The notes under the pieces were generated by a model. It saw nothing but the letters and a program-made list of their open reading frames with translations, was not told where the DNA came from and did no database searches. Made by a program: the position numbers and the translations under genes. Positions 9,547 through 19,726 of a stretch of 64,000 nucleotides of DNA are shown one piece after another (the stretch's first letter is position 1; each line of letters begins with the position of its first letter). The stretch is taken from IMG/VR virus record IMGVR_UViG_2061766007_002388. The stretch is one strand, 5' to 3'. This DNA comes from an uncultured virus (IMG/VR IMGVR_UViG_2061766007_002388). Taxonomy: Duplodnaviria; Heunggongvirae; Uroviricota; Caudoviricetes.

Positions 9547-10608
9547 ATGAAAATTGAAATTATCTCAGAATTAACTACTCACAGACCATTATACAATATG
9601 GGAATGGTTGCTGGGGTATGCTACGACTCCGACACTGAAAGTGAACAAGCTAATATTAAAAGAGCTTTAGAGTGTATTAAACATAAACATGAAAGAGTAT
9701 TAGAAATTCCCGAGATATGTGTAAAAATATCAGGCATTAGTGCGAAAAGTTTAAGAGAAATTTATACTCATATTGGCGGATTACCAACGCGACTTCAAGC
9801 ATCTACACGCTTTATAGATTATGAATGTTTTGATTACATTATACCCCATAGTGTTATTAACACAGACGGAGCAAAAGAAATATGGAATGAAACAATTGAA
9901 AATATTAAACGTGGAATAACACAACTTAAAAATTTAAATATTCCTAAGGAAGATTATAGTGGTCTTCTTCCGCTTTCATATGAATCTAAAATGGTTTGGA
10001 AAATAAATCTTAGGTGCTTAATAAATTTCTTTAATCAAAGACTTTGTTCAAAAGCATATTGGGAAGTTCGTGAATTTGCACATTTGTTGAAAAAAAAGCT
10101 AGAAGATTATGATTATGAATGGAAACTTATTTCCGAACAATTATTTGTTCCGAAATGTGAATCCATAGGTTTTTGTCCAGAGAAAGATGGTTGTGGGAAA
10201 AAATCCCCCAAGCATTTTTCGAATGGATCGTCAAATGAAATTTCATCAAATGTAGATTCCAATGAAAGTGACAGTATTGTCTTAGAACACATTGTGTTTA
10301 AAAATCCCACCGATATAAGTACATTTTGGATTCATGAAATGGTTTATCTGAGAGATTGGAAAACTTTTAATGAAGCAGTGAAAATTTCTGAAGATTTCGG
10401 CGATGGCCGTTGGCAGATTCCATGTGGCAGTAAAGATATGTATAATTTTATCGCTACACATTTCAGCAAAAAATGCTGGAAAGATTTTTGGGTAAATGAA
10501 AATTCTATTGGCCCCGAATACGCAGTTACTGCAGCTAAATTCTTACATCCTGGTGAAATCAGTTCTATCAAAAAGAATACCCCCATGGGTGTTGTTTTTG
10601 TCAAATAA
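9547..10608 (+). CDS. thyX: flavin-dependent thymidylate synthase ThyX with a C-terminal DUF1566-like extension
   Basis: H..VLE, RLQASTRF, LLP, INLR, RLC..AYWEVR, PKCE..GFCPE..GCG; about 130 extra C-terminal residues. Confidence 0.88.
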   Translation: MKIEIISELTTHRPLYNMGMVAGVCYDSDTESEQANIKRALECIKHKHERVLEIPEICVKISGISAKSLREIYTHIGGLPTRLQASTRFIDYECFDYIIPHSVINTDGAKEIWNETIENIKRGITQLKNLNIPKEDYSGLLPLSYESKMVWKINLRCLINFFNQRLCSKAYWEVREFAHLLKKKLEDYDYEWKLISEQLFVPKCESIGFCPEKDGCGKKSPKHFSNGSSNEISSNVDSNESDSIVLEHIVFKNPTDISTFWIHEMVYLRDWKTFNEAVKISEDFGDGRWQIPCGSKDMYNFIATHFSKKCWKDFWVNENSIGPEYAVTAAKFLHPGEISSIKKNTPMGVVFVK

Positions 10609-10624
10609 ACATTTAAAAAATATC

Positions 10625-10652
10625 TTGCAAAATTTTTAATTTATATTATAAT
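10625..10652 (+). promoter_or_regulatory. sigma70-like promoter
   Basis: TTGCAA-N16-TATAAT in an intergenic gap. Confidence 0.6.
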
Positions 10653-10709
10653 ATCTCGTTGTTCGAATTGTATTTCGAATTTGAGTATTAATATTTGGAG
10701 GAAAGCAAG

Positions 10710-11363
10710 ATGAATGTAATCAATGAGAAAACCGTAAAAATTAAAATGGATAAAGAAAAAGAGGAACTTATTTTAAATAATATTCCCCTTATAAAAAAAT
10801 TCGTCAGTTCAACATTTGCAAAAGAAAAAAATCCAGATCATATCTCAGATCTAATTTCTGAGGGGTGTGCGATTATTTGTGAACGAATTAATATGTATGA
10901 TCCCAACATATCAAAATTTTCAACATGGGTTTATAATACATTGGGACTTTATTTGCGAAGTTATTATAATAGAATAATTAAACAAACAAATGAATTTTTA
11001 CTTTTTGATGACGGGTCCCTTTCAAGTGATAATGACCCAAAAACATCGGCAACCAATTTGAGTATTGATAATGTTTTAACAGAAGAAGAACTTAATAAAG
11101 AAAAAAATGATTGCCCCATGGAAACAATGGTTGATATTCATATTTTCAGAGAAAAATTTGAAACACTTCCTGAGATTGATAAAAAACTTCTGATGATGAC
11201 TGTGCAAGGTTATACTAATGATGAAATAGCTAAAGAATTAAATCTTACGAAGAAAAGCCAAATATTTTTCAGACAACACAGTGCACTGAATAAATTAAGA
11301 AAATTATATCATGTTCGTGGATCATTTAGTTGGAAAAAAAGCATGAGAAGATTTAAAGATTAA
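10710..11363 (+). CDS. sigma70-family RNA polymerase sigma factor (regions 2 and 4)
   Basis: DLISEG, YDP...KFSTWVY, helix-turn-helix GYTNDEIAKELNLT, ALNKLRK; GGAGG RBS. Confidence 0.82.
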   Translation: MNVINEKTVKIKMDKEKEELILNNIPLIKKFVSSTFAKEKNPDHISDLISEGCAIICERINMYDPNISKFSTWVYNTLGLYLRSYYNRIIKQTNEFLLFDDGSLSSDNDPKTSATNLSIDNVLTEEELNKEKNDCPMETMVDIHIFREKFETLPEIDKKLLMMTVQGYTNDEIAKELNLTKKSQIFFRQHSALNKLRKLYHVRGSFSWKKSMRRFKD

Positions 11364-11377
11364 GACGAGTTTTTAAA

Positions 11378-12442
11378 ATGGAAAGAATAAAACAAGAAAG
11401 TATTTTAAAAGAACTCGGAATACATGGACTCCGAAAAATTAGTGAAGATAAATTCGAGTGCTTTTGCGTAGATGAAAATTGCGGCAATTCAAAAAATGAA
11501 AAACGGCGCAAGGCTGGGTTTTTTTGGAGTAATGAAAAACATCAATATATATATCATTGTTTTAAATGTGGTGTTGCGTGTAATTTTTTTACGTTCATAA
11601 AAAAATATTTTAAAAACAAATATGTCGAGGTTTTTCTTCAAAAAGATAGTGGAATAAAAATTGAAAAAGAAGAACCGCCGGTAGTTAAAATTTCTAATAG
11701 CGAAATAAAAGATCTTTTTGAAAATTTATTCGCAGAAGGAAAAATCATTCCGTTTAAACAATGCACCGATATTGATGCAATAGAATATGTTAAATCGCGC
11801 AAAATACCAGAGAATAAACTTCACAAACTTTATTTCACTAATAATTTTAAAGACATAAGTTTACAAGTTAAAAATATATGCGAACCCCAAAGGAAGCGCG
11901 AATTGGAAAATATTGAAGATAAAAGATTGATGTGGATGTTTAAAGATCGAACAGAAAATATATTAGCGATTCAGGGGCGCAAACTTGATGGTGGACAACC
12001 GCGATATCTAATTACAAAATTCCAATCCAATGAAGATAGATTAATTGGTGGGGTAGAAGATTTGGATTTAAATGAAAAAATTTACATCGTGGAAGGATTT
12101 ATTGATAGTTTATTTCTTCCAAATTGCGTATCTCTCAATGGTTTGCATATGCCTTCAATTGAATATATTGTTAATGAACTTGGAGCTAAAGATGTAACAA
12201 TTGTATTTGATAATGAACCAGATAATATACAAATTATGAAAAATATAAACAATCTTGTAGACTTATCTTTTAAACATGAAGGAATTAAAGTTTGTCTCCT
12301 TCCATCAGAATTAAGAAAAGTTGGTAAAGACATAAACGATTATATTAAATCCGGTATTTCAACATATGATTTAATTTCGACAATAAATAAAAACAGTTAT
12401 TCGAAGAATATGTTGAAAATACGGAGTTTATATTGGAAATAA
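11378..12442 (+). CDS. DNA primase (T4 gp61-like)
   Basis: Zinc finger including YHCFKCG; IQGR; TOPRIM motifs VEGFIDSLFL and FDNEP; KDIND. Confidence 0.92.
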   Translation: MERIKQESILKELGIHGLRKISEDKFECFCVDENCGNSKNEKRRKAGFFWSNEKHQYIYHCFKCGVACNFFTFIKKYFKNKYVEVFLQKDSGIKIEKEEPPVVKISNSEIKDLFENLFAEGKIIPFKQCTDIDAIEYVKSRKIPENKLHKLYFTNNFKDISLQVKNICEPQRKRELENIEDKRLMWMFKDRTENILAIQGRKLDGGQPRYLITKFQSNEDRLIGGVEDLDLNEKIYIVEGFIDSLFLPNCVSLNGLHMPSIEYIVNELGAKDVTIVFDNEPDNIQIMKNINNLVDLSFKHEGIKVCLLPSELRKVGKDINDYIKSGISTYDLISTINKNSYSKNMLKIRSLYWK

Positions 12443-15390
12443 AATTACCAAATTTCACCGAAAAAATAGAAAACGGTACATATGCTAAATTCATTGATGA
12501 ATTTAAAACATTAATTTCTAATAGTTACCGCAAAAATTTATATATGGTAGAAATAACATCCCCCGATGATAACGAAAAAAAAAATATTATTCCCACAGAC
12601 GGAATGAAAACAATTTCCCTTTTATGTGATAATATAGGAAATTTAGATGCGGATATGTCAGATTTAAAAGCGAAATATTATGGTAGGGAACATATTACCG
12701 CTGGTTATTTTAAGTTTAAACAAACTGTAGATATGACATTCTATGATGTTAGTTTATCTAAAGATAATTTTATGGTATCCGATTTATTTTTCGAGTGGAT
12801 GAATAAATTTAATCATAAAGGGAAATATTATACACGAAGAGAATATATCGATGATGTTTGTAATAATATCACACTAAAGGTATATAATAATTTTATAACC
12901 GAAAAAGGCAGTGCTGCGATAAATTTGGAACCCATAAAAGCATCGTTTGATTATGAACATGGTGGTGCATACAAGGTCGGAGTTGATTCAATAAAAGAAC
13001 CCAAAATATTAAATTACCTCAGGCAATCAATTTTCACTTTAGATCCCACAAGAAAAGCACTTAGTGCATCGACCACGATGCATGGCGTAGTTAATGCACT
13101 TTTATTTGCTATAGTTAATGGTGCAAAAATATTTGACATAACTATGGAATGGGCTAAAGATGGTGGTAGGAATGATGCGTATGATAAAATAAAAGCAATG
13201 ATTAATACTGCGCAGGGGAAAAAAAATAGTTGGAGTTCAAAAGATGCTTTCGAATCTGATAGTTTAAGAAGCAAAAGTGAAAATATTAAAACTGGTGGCG
13301 GAGTAAGCGGAAATGATATAATATGGGATGAAGTTACGAACATTAGTAATACTCCCGAAAAAGATTTTGAATTATCACAAGGTTCTTTACCCGAAAATAT
13401 TGAAAAATTAGAAAGTTTAAAATCAGATGAAGAATTATCACCCAGCAGCTCAATGATATCAACAACAGGTGCTGATATTAGTAATTTAAAATCGAATAGT
13501 GCTACAAATATATCATCTGATAATAAATTATTAAATTTAAAAGAAAATATTAATGATACAGTGGATGGTGGTGAATTAAAAATTAAATCGCCCGAGGAAA
13601 CTGTAATTGATGATTATAAAAATTTCATAAATGATCTCGGGGGAAATAATATGGATGAATTATTTTCCACCGAGACAATCAGTGTTAATCTAAAAGAAAA
13701 ATTAAAACAAATTTCTAAAAATGATTCATTTTCGTCATATGTTGATATTCTTAAATCATCAATTGGTGAAATTGTAAGTGAAGATGAAGAAAAGGTAAAT
13801 GTTTTTAAATTTGAAAATGAAAATGATAGACAGCAAACAAAAAATAGATTAACAAAAATATTAAATACACTTCTTGGAAATAAACCAATTAATGTCGAAG
13901 AAATAAATGAAGATTTACTCGCAGTTAACCAATATGTTGATTCTGATATAAATTTAATCTCAAAATTAAACAAAAAGATGCTCGATATAGCCAATACTGC
14001 TCTTGTTTCTGGTGGATTGGTTAATGAGGATGAAAAAGCTGAAATTGTCGATTTGCTTTCCGAATACACTCCGATGGTAGATAGTACTTCTATTAAAAAA
14101 CATTTTAAAACTTTTGTTGATGAAGTAATGGAAGAAATAGTTTCAGATAATACAGAAGCAGTAAAAATATTAACATCTTTACAAAATTTCGGCTCAAAAA
14201 TTAATGACCCATTTTCACAAGAACCTTCTTTAATTAATAGTATTTTGGATAAAATTAAAGAAAAAATTGAATCTATGGGTGATAATTTTAAAGTTAATGA
14301 ATTATCAAAATGGTTAAATACAGATAATAAATTATCTTCAAATTCATCTTTTGTTAAAAGATTTTCAGAATTGGGTGAAGCAATTAAAAAAAGCATAGGG
14401 GAAAACGATTCAGCACAAGAAGTTATAAAAATATTAAATGATGCTAAATTAAAACAAATTGATGTAAATGATGGGACATTTTTTAGAAATAATATATACT
14501 TTGTTAAACAAAAAATAAGAAAAACTCACATTGATGCATATAGATTTTATAAATCAATGAATACGGATAAACAAGTTAAAGAAGCATACGGACAAACGTT
14601 GGATTATGCAAAATTATCAGAAGAAAAAATAAATCGAAGGGACGTGGATGACGATTTAACACCGGAAGAACAGGAAATAAAAAATGTTTATGATATTAAT
14701 GAAAAAAATACACAAAGAGTAATTAGTGATGATGAAAAAAAATCATATATAAATGGGAATTTAAAAGAAACATATAAAAAAGAAGTGGGCACTAGTTCAG
14801 AATGTTATCGTCTTGATGCAGAGCATTGGTGGCAACTTTCACGAAAAGTTATCGATGCCCTTATGCTCGCCGCTGAACAAACTGCTGCGATATCACTTGG
14901 TCTTCCCCATATTTATAATTCTTTAATACAAAAGAAGTGGAATGATCTTTTTATTAACTATGGTTTTAGTGATTTTATAAATCCTGATGAAAAAGAATCT
15001 GATATTCCTGGGAAGAAAATTGCTTCCTCGCTTGGTAAGGTGAATGAGGCTATAAATTCTGTCAAAAATGAAAAAATATATGTAAATATGCATGAAAAAT
15101 TGTATAATAAAATAATTAATATTAGAACAAAAAATATTGAAAATTCTAAAAAATTTTATTATGATTATAATTATAAAGATAAATTTGAAAACGATGAAAT
15201 ATTTTCCTCTCAATTATTTGGTAATGATAAACCCATAAGAACAATAAAACTTACCTACTGTTTTCCCAAACAAGTAGTTATTATGGACCAGCTTTCAAAT
15301 GAAGCGACTGGGGCAAATACAATACCCAAAGTTAAAGTTACATTTAATGTTTTTGATATTATTAAACATGAAGAAACCAGGAAGAAGTGA
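12433..15390 (+). CDS. tail-tube-fold (gp19/gp54-like) protein with a very large internal insertion
   Basis: N-terminal NLYMVEI..LLC..YYGR..AG..VDMTFYD..FFEWMN and C-terminal RTIKLTYCFPKQV..LSNE...KVKVTF flank about 780 aa of charged, helical-looking sequence. Confidence 0.6.
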   Translation: MEIKLPNFTEKIENGTYAKFIDEFKTLISNSYRKNLYMVEITSPDDNEKKNIIPTDGMKTISLLCDNIGNLDADMSDLKAKYYGREHITAGYFKFKQTVDMTFYDVSLSKDNFMVSDLFFEWMNKFNHKGKYYTRREYIDDVCNNITLKVYNNFITEKGSAAINLEPIKASFDYEHGGAYKVGVDSIKEPKILNYLRQSIFTLDPTRKALSASTTMHGVVNALLFAIVNGAKIFDITMEWAKDGGRNDAYDKIKAMINTAQGKKNSWSSKDAFESDSLRSKSENIKTGGGVSGNDIIWDEVTNISNTPEKDFELSQGSLPENIEKLESLKSDEELSPSSSMISTTGADISNLKSNSATNISSDNKLLNLKENINDTVDGGELKIKSPEETVIDDYKNFINDLGGNNMDELFSTETISVNLKEKLKQISKNDSFSSYVDILKSSIGEIVSEDEEKVNVFKFENENDRQQTKNRLTKILNTLLGNKPINVEEINEDLLAVNQYVDSDINLISKLNKKMLDIANTALVSGGLVNEDEKAEIVDLLSEYTPMVDSTSIKKHFKTFVDEVMEEIVSDNTEAVKILTSLQNFGSKINDPFSQEPSLINSILDKIKEKIESMGDNFKVNELSKWLNTDNKLSSNSSFVKRFSELGEAIKKSIGENDSAQEVIKILNDAKLKQIDVNDGTFFRNNIYFVKQKIRKTHIDAYRFYKSMNTDKQVKEAYGQTLDYAKLSEEKINRRDVDDDLTPEEQEIKNVYDINEKNTQRVISDDEKKSYINGNLKETYKKEVGTSSECYRLDAEHWWQLSRKVIDALMLAAEQTAAISLGLPHIYNSLIQKKWNDLFINYGFSDFINPDEKESDIPGKKIASSLGKVNEAINSVKNEKIYVNMHEKLYNKIINIRTKNIENSKKFYYDYNYKDKFENDEIFSSQLFGNDKPIRTIKLTYCFPKQVVIMDQLSNEATGANTIPKVKVTFNVFDIIKHEETRKK

Positions 15391-15461
15391 TAAAGGATTA
15401 AATAATATTGCATAAAACCACTAAATATATTCATGGTAATTTTCGGAAAGAGGATAAAAAA

Positions 15462-16670
15462 ATGAAAAAGAAATTCAAAAGAATAATTAGAGAAAATAGA
15501 GAACAACATACGATTGTTTTTAGATATCCGGCAATTTATAATGCGGAACAAAGTAATTTCAAACAAAATGATTTTAATAATGCTTTTTGTTTCGATGATT
15601 TTGACATTGATTTGAGTTGGGAAGTAAAGCAAGCAATTAATGATGAAAATGAAGATTTAGCCGAATATATAGACAATGGACCATTAGTGGGAAATGTTAA
15701 ATCTATAAAGCTTGACTTTGATATAAATTCAGAAGAATTAATAGTTACATGTATTCTTTTTCCTGGTGTTGAACCAAATGATATTTTAGAAGATCTTAAA
15801 GAATATGTGGGTGGTCAACTTTCCGATGGATGGGGAGAAGGTTTCGAACAACAGGATTTAAAAGAACAAACATTTTATGTGGTCTCTGATGAAAATGGCA
15901 CTGATGATGAATTAAGAATTTATGATAATTGGCGCGATGCCGAAAGTGAAGAAGAATCATTAAATGAAGAAGTAGATAATGATAAAGAAAGAGATATGGA
16001 AAACGGAGAAGATTTAGAAGATGAAAGTTATCCATATTACTCAACATGTGATACTTACGTTACCTTTACGTGTTCATTCTACGATAGATATCATACAAAA
16101 CCAAATTCCATTACTATTAGTAGCGATAATGATGCGACTTTAAATGAAGCTATTAAGAATTTTAAATCATGGCAAAATTTTACAGATCGTCAAAATATGA
16201 ATGCGAGATGGTTTGCACCATGGACAAAACCCAAAAAAAGAGGAGAAGAAGTTTCGGAAGAAGAAGATAAACATGATCCTCAAAGAAACATTTTTGCTGA
16301 AATATTGCGTATTAATTATCCGGAACTTGAATACTGTAAAAATGTAAATGATATAATTGAATTATTGGAAGAAATAGTAAAAGATATTGAATCTGGTGTT
16401 TATAATAAATATGGAAATCAATTTGATAAAGTAATAGAAAGATTTAATACTATCATCGAAGATTTGAAATCATTTGATCCTAATAATAACAAGTACACAA
16501 AAAGCTATAATTGGGAAAAAACTTTATCTGCACTAGGAAATTTAAGTAAATGTGGAATGGTGCCCAGTGAATTTTATGCAGATGATGAATATATTCCAAC
16601 TAATTATGGTGAATCAGGTGATGAGGAAGTGGATGACGAATTTTTAAGAACTTGGAATGCAAAAATTTAA
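15462..16670 (+). CDS. acidic hypothetical protein with a GQLSDGWGEGFEQ motif
   Basis: ORF with GAGG RBS; upstream CTAAATA. Confidence 0.7.
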   Translation: MKKKFKRIIRENREQHTIVFRYPAIYNAEQSNFKQNDFNNAFCFDDFDIDLSWEVKQAINDENEDLAEYIDNGPLVGNVKSIKLDFDINSEELIVTCILFPGVEPNDILEDLKEYVGGQLSDGWGEGFEQQDLKEQTFYVVSDENGTDDELRIYDNWRDAESEEESLNEEVDNDKERDMENGEDLEDESYPYYSTCDTYVTFTCSFYDRYHTKPNSITISSDNDATLNEAIKNFKSWQNFTDRQNMNARWFAPWTKPKKRGEEVSEEEDKHDPQRNIFAEILRINYPELEYCKNVNDIIELLEEIVKDIESGVYNKYGNQFDKVIERFNTIIEDLKSFDPNNNKYTKSYNWEKTLSALGNLSKCGMVPSEFYADDEYIPTNYGESGDEEVDDEFLRTWNAKI

Positions 16671-16673
16671 ATC

Positions 16674-17144
16674 ATGAAAAAGAATAATTTTATAAAAATA
16701 CCATCTGAAATTGTAGATGAGATAATAGATAATATGGTGGAAATTATTTTACCTGAAGAAATAAAATTCGAAAATGGAGACGAATCTAGCGTGAAATCAT
16801 CTCCATTTATTATTGTTCGCAATCTACTTTCACGTATGGGTATTTTAAAAGACAATAAATTATTTCAAACAGCCCACATTCTTAAAAAGAGAAACAAGTA
16901 TTATATATGCCATTTTAAACAATTATTCATGCTCGATGGACTTAATAGTGAGGGCTTAAATGAAAGAGATACCGCGAGACTCTTAAAGATAGCATGTTTA
17001 TTGGAACAATGGGGACTTGTTAAAATAGTTAATAGAAATTTAGTTGATAAATTTAATAATGGGAAAAATATTTTTATAAACATTATTCCTATTAATAAAA
17101 TTAAATCTGGTGAAATTATTTGTGTTAAAAAATATGATCTTTAA
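16674..17144 (+). CDS. regA: translational repressor RegA (T4-like)
   Basis: LSRMGI, KLFQTAHILKKR.KYYICHFKQLFMLDG, IA.LLEQWGLV. Confidence 0.92.
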   Translation: MKKNNFIKIPSEIVDEIIDNMVEIILPEEIKFENGDESSVKSSPFIIVRNLLSRMGILKDNKLFQTAHILKKRNKYYICHFKQLFMLDGLNSEGLNERDTARLLKIACLLEQWGLVKIVNRNLVDKFNNGKNIFINIIPINKIKSGEIICVKKYDL

Positions 17145-17147
17145 ACT

Positions 17148-17771
17148 TTGGGGAGCTTTATGATGATTGTAAATGAAATAGAATCCGGTGTTATTTTTAG
17201 TAAAAATGAATTAAATCAAGACACATTTGATCAATATATTTCTTACGTTGATGAAGTTAATAGATTTATGAATGAAAATGAAATAACATGGTGTTGTGGA
17301 ATAGTTTTAAATGGTGAAGGAGAAATATATGCTTCATATGAAAATATGGCATCATTAAAAAGTGCTAAAAATACAAACGTAGTTTATTTTCCAATAAAAG
17401 AAATTGAAAATTTTAAATTGAGTAGTGATAATCAATACGAAAAATTTTTAAATGATAATTTTGAATTTTCACAATTTCTTACAGAACGTGTCGATATGGG
17501 TAGTAAACTTTTTATTGTTAAATTAAATGAATTTAAAGAAATTGCATCACCCTTCAAAAATTCAACAGGCAATGTAAAGGCTATACACCCCACGAAGACA
17601 ACTGCATCTGCAAAAACTTCAGTACAAAAAACAATTACAATAACGCCACAAAAGAAAAAACCGATAACACCCAATAAATCTATCCATTTTATCAAACCCA
17701 AAAAATCGACAAATATTATTCCTAAAAATAAAACAATTTTTAAGAAAAATAAAAAATATATAACAGAGTGA
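17148..17771 (+). CDS. hypothetical protein with a basic Lys/Thr/Pro-rich tail
   Basis: 207-aa ORF; start uncertain. Confidence 0.65.
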   Translation: MGSFMMIVNEIESGVIFSKNELNQDTFDQYISYVDEVNRFMNENEITWCCGIVLNGEGEIYASYENMASLKSAKNTNVVYFPIKEIENFKLSSDNQYEKFLNDNFEFSQFLTERVDMGSKLFIVKLNEFKEIASPFKNSTGNVKAIHPTKTTASAKTSVQKTITITPQKKKPITPNKSIHFIKPKKSTNIIPKNKTIFKKNKKYITE

Positions 17772-17775
17772 AATT

Positions 17776-18357
17776 ATGAACATTAAAAGTAAAGTATTAA
17801 GAAAAATTGGTATTAAAATTGGTTCTTTTTTAAGAAAGATTTATTCACCCATTATATTTTACATTCTTTGGGTGTTTTATATTAAATGGAAAATAAGTTC
17901 GCAAGATGAAACACAAGCAATAAAAGAATGGAAAAATATATATAACAGCACTACTATAAATGAATATGATGATAGAATAAAGATCTATAATTGGCAATCA
18001 GAAATTCTTGATGGATTGCTTGACTTTACATATGAAAAACCTTGGATTAATTTCATTCCTCATATTACAAATAAACTGGGGCGTGATTGTGAAGATTTTG
18101 CAAATATGACTTGGCTTTGGATGCTGCGTATGGGATATGCTGAAATATATCAAATTTTATCCGTAGAAGAAGATATAAAAACTGGACATATGATATGTGT
18201 CGGCAAACCGTCAGAAAATAGAAACACATATTTAATTAAAAGCAATAGTTATAAAACAATTAAAATTGATGCGGAAAATTTATCAGAAGCATTAACAAAA
18301 TTTTATAAAAATGATAAATTGGTCTGGACAATATATAAAAAAATTTTAAATAGGTGA
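17776..18357 (+). CDS. putative membrane-anchored transglutaminase-like cysteine protease
   Basis: DCEDFA and GHMIC motifs; N-terminal hydrophobic segment. Confidence 0.55.
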   Translation: MNIKSKVLRKIGIKIGSFLRKIYSPIIFYILWVFYIKWKISSQDETQAIKEWKNIYNSTTINEYDDRIKIYNWQSEILDGLLDFTYEKPWINFIPHITNKLGRDCEDFANMTWLWMLRMGYAEIYQILSVEEDIKTGHMICVGKPSENRNTYLIKSNSYKTIKIDAENLSEALTKFYKNDKLVWTIYKKILNR

Positions 18358-18361
18358 AATT

Positions 18362-18943
18362 ATGTCGTCATTAGTAAAATGTCATGATGAAAGTTTAGAT
18401 GAATTATTTCCGGCATTTTTTGTTTCTCTCTACAAAGATGGAGTTAAAATTAACGAGATGGATGATGATGAGAAAGAGAAACTGCGTGAGAAATTAATAA
18501 GTTGGGCAAAAGATAATATAACCAACAAAGATGTGGATTCGTATTTTGAAGATTTAAGTTATCGTTTATGTCACGATGATGATATTAATTTTAAAAATCT
18601 TCCCGAAACAGTTCGCAAAGAATTAGAAAAATTTACAATAAAAATATTGTACGATGATGAATATATAGATGTATTGGAAAAAGTTCTCTACGGATATTTT
18701 TCCTCGGAAGATTATGAAGATGATCCACTAACAAAATGGAAATTATTTAGATCAATTTTTAATGAAGAAAAATTAAATAAAATAATAAATTATGAATTTG
18801 ATGAAGCATTCAAATATGCAAAACGAGAAATAGAAAATAGTATTGAATATGAAAATGGTGAAATAGAAGTGGGTGATTTTATAAGTGAAAAATATGGTAT
18901 TCCTGTTGTTGAAAAACTTAAAAAGGATATCGAAAATCAATGA
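18362..18943 (+). CDS. hypothetical acidic protein
   Basis: 193-aa ORF with AGGTG RBS. Confidence 0.65.
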   Translation: MSSLVKCHDESLDELFPAFFVSLYKDGVKINEMDDDEKEKLREKLISWAKDNITNKDVDSYFEDLSYRLCHDDDINFKNLPETVRKELEKFTIKILYDDEYIDVLEKVLYGYFSSEDYEDDPLTKWKLFRSIFNEEKLNKIINYEFDEAFKYAKREIENSIEYENGEIEVGDFISEKYGIPVVEKLKKDIENQ

Positions 18944-19122
18944 AGAATTTATATCTCACAGACGAAGAATATGAAGATCTCTTGCAATGCTTAAATGATG
19001 TATATGAATTTCAAAAATTGTGCGCAAATGTTGCAGGTGATGATCAGTTATTTAAAAATTTAAAAGAAAAGCTTTTAAAAATACAAAATATTATTGAATG
19101 CCTTGGGCGAAAGGCTGATTGA
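18940..19122 (+). CDS. small hypothetical protein
   Basis: ATGA overlap with the upstream gene. Confidence 0.55.
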   Translation: MKNLYLTDEEYEDLLQCLNDVYEFQKLCANVAGDDQLFKNLKEKLLKIQNIIECLGRKAD

Positions 19123-19714
19123 AAAATTCTGATACTTTAAACGGCCTATAGTCAACATCCCAACAAACATTATACATTTGTTGTTGAAATATCACAGAAC
19201 TTCTCCATGCAATTGTACTATGTGTGTGTCCGTGTATTAAAATACAATCATCTTTATTCAAACCTTCTTTAATTTCGTTGTTAAGAAAATATGAATTTTC
19301 ATCAAAGTCTTTATGTTGAATGAACAATTTCTTTTTGTGTTCACACTCAGCAATAACATAATCAACGAACTTAATTTCTTTCACTTTTTTTTCGATAATA
19401 TGATCATGATTGCCTTTTATGAAAATGATATTATCACCATTAAGCATATTCAGCAATCTCCAAAATTCATTATATGATTCCGAAGCTCTCGTATTCATTA
19501 AAAAATCACCACAGAATATAACAAGATCATCTCGCCTAATAAACTCATTCCAACGATTGACTATATCATCATCCATTTCCTTAATTGTGTAATATTTTCT
19601 ACAATTATCAAAATGTTCAGGACAATTTTTACAAAGTTTAAAATGATGAAAATGTGTATCCGAAACAACCCATGTTTTATCGGGATCTATTATTAATTCT
19701 AATTTATCCAACAT
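19091..19714 (-). CDS. calcineurin-like metallophosphoesterase
   Basis: SDTHFHH, GDF, KGNHD, IHGHTH and NVCWD. Confidence 0.88.
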   Translation of the reverse strand: MLDKLELIIDPDKTWVVSDTHFHHFKLCKNCPEHFDNCRKYYTIKEMDDDIVNRWNEFIRRDDLVIFCGDFLMNTRASESYNEFWRLLNMLNGDNIIFIKGNHDHIIEKKVKEIKFVDYVIAECEHKKKLFIQHKDFDENSYFLNNEIKEGLNKDDCILIHGHTHSTIAWRSSVIFQQQMYNVCWDVDYRPFKVSEFFNQPFAQGIQ

Positions 19715-19726
19715 TATATATCCTTT

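Noticed and set aside
12900..15200. Intein in the 985-aa protein
   Set aside because: No N-terminal Cys/Ser block or His-Asn C-terminal splice motif recognised
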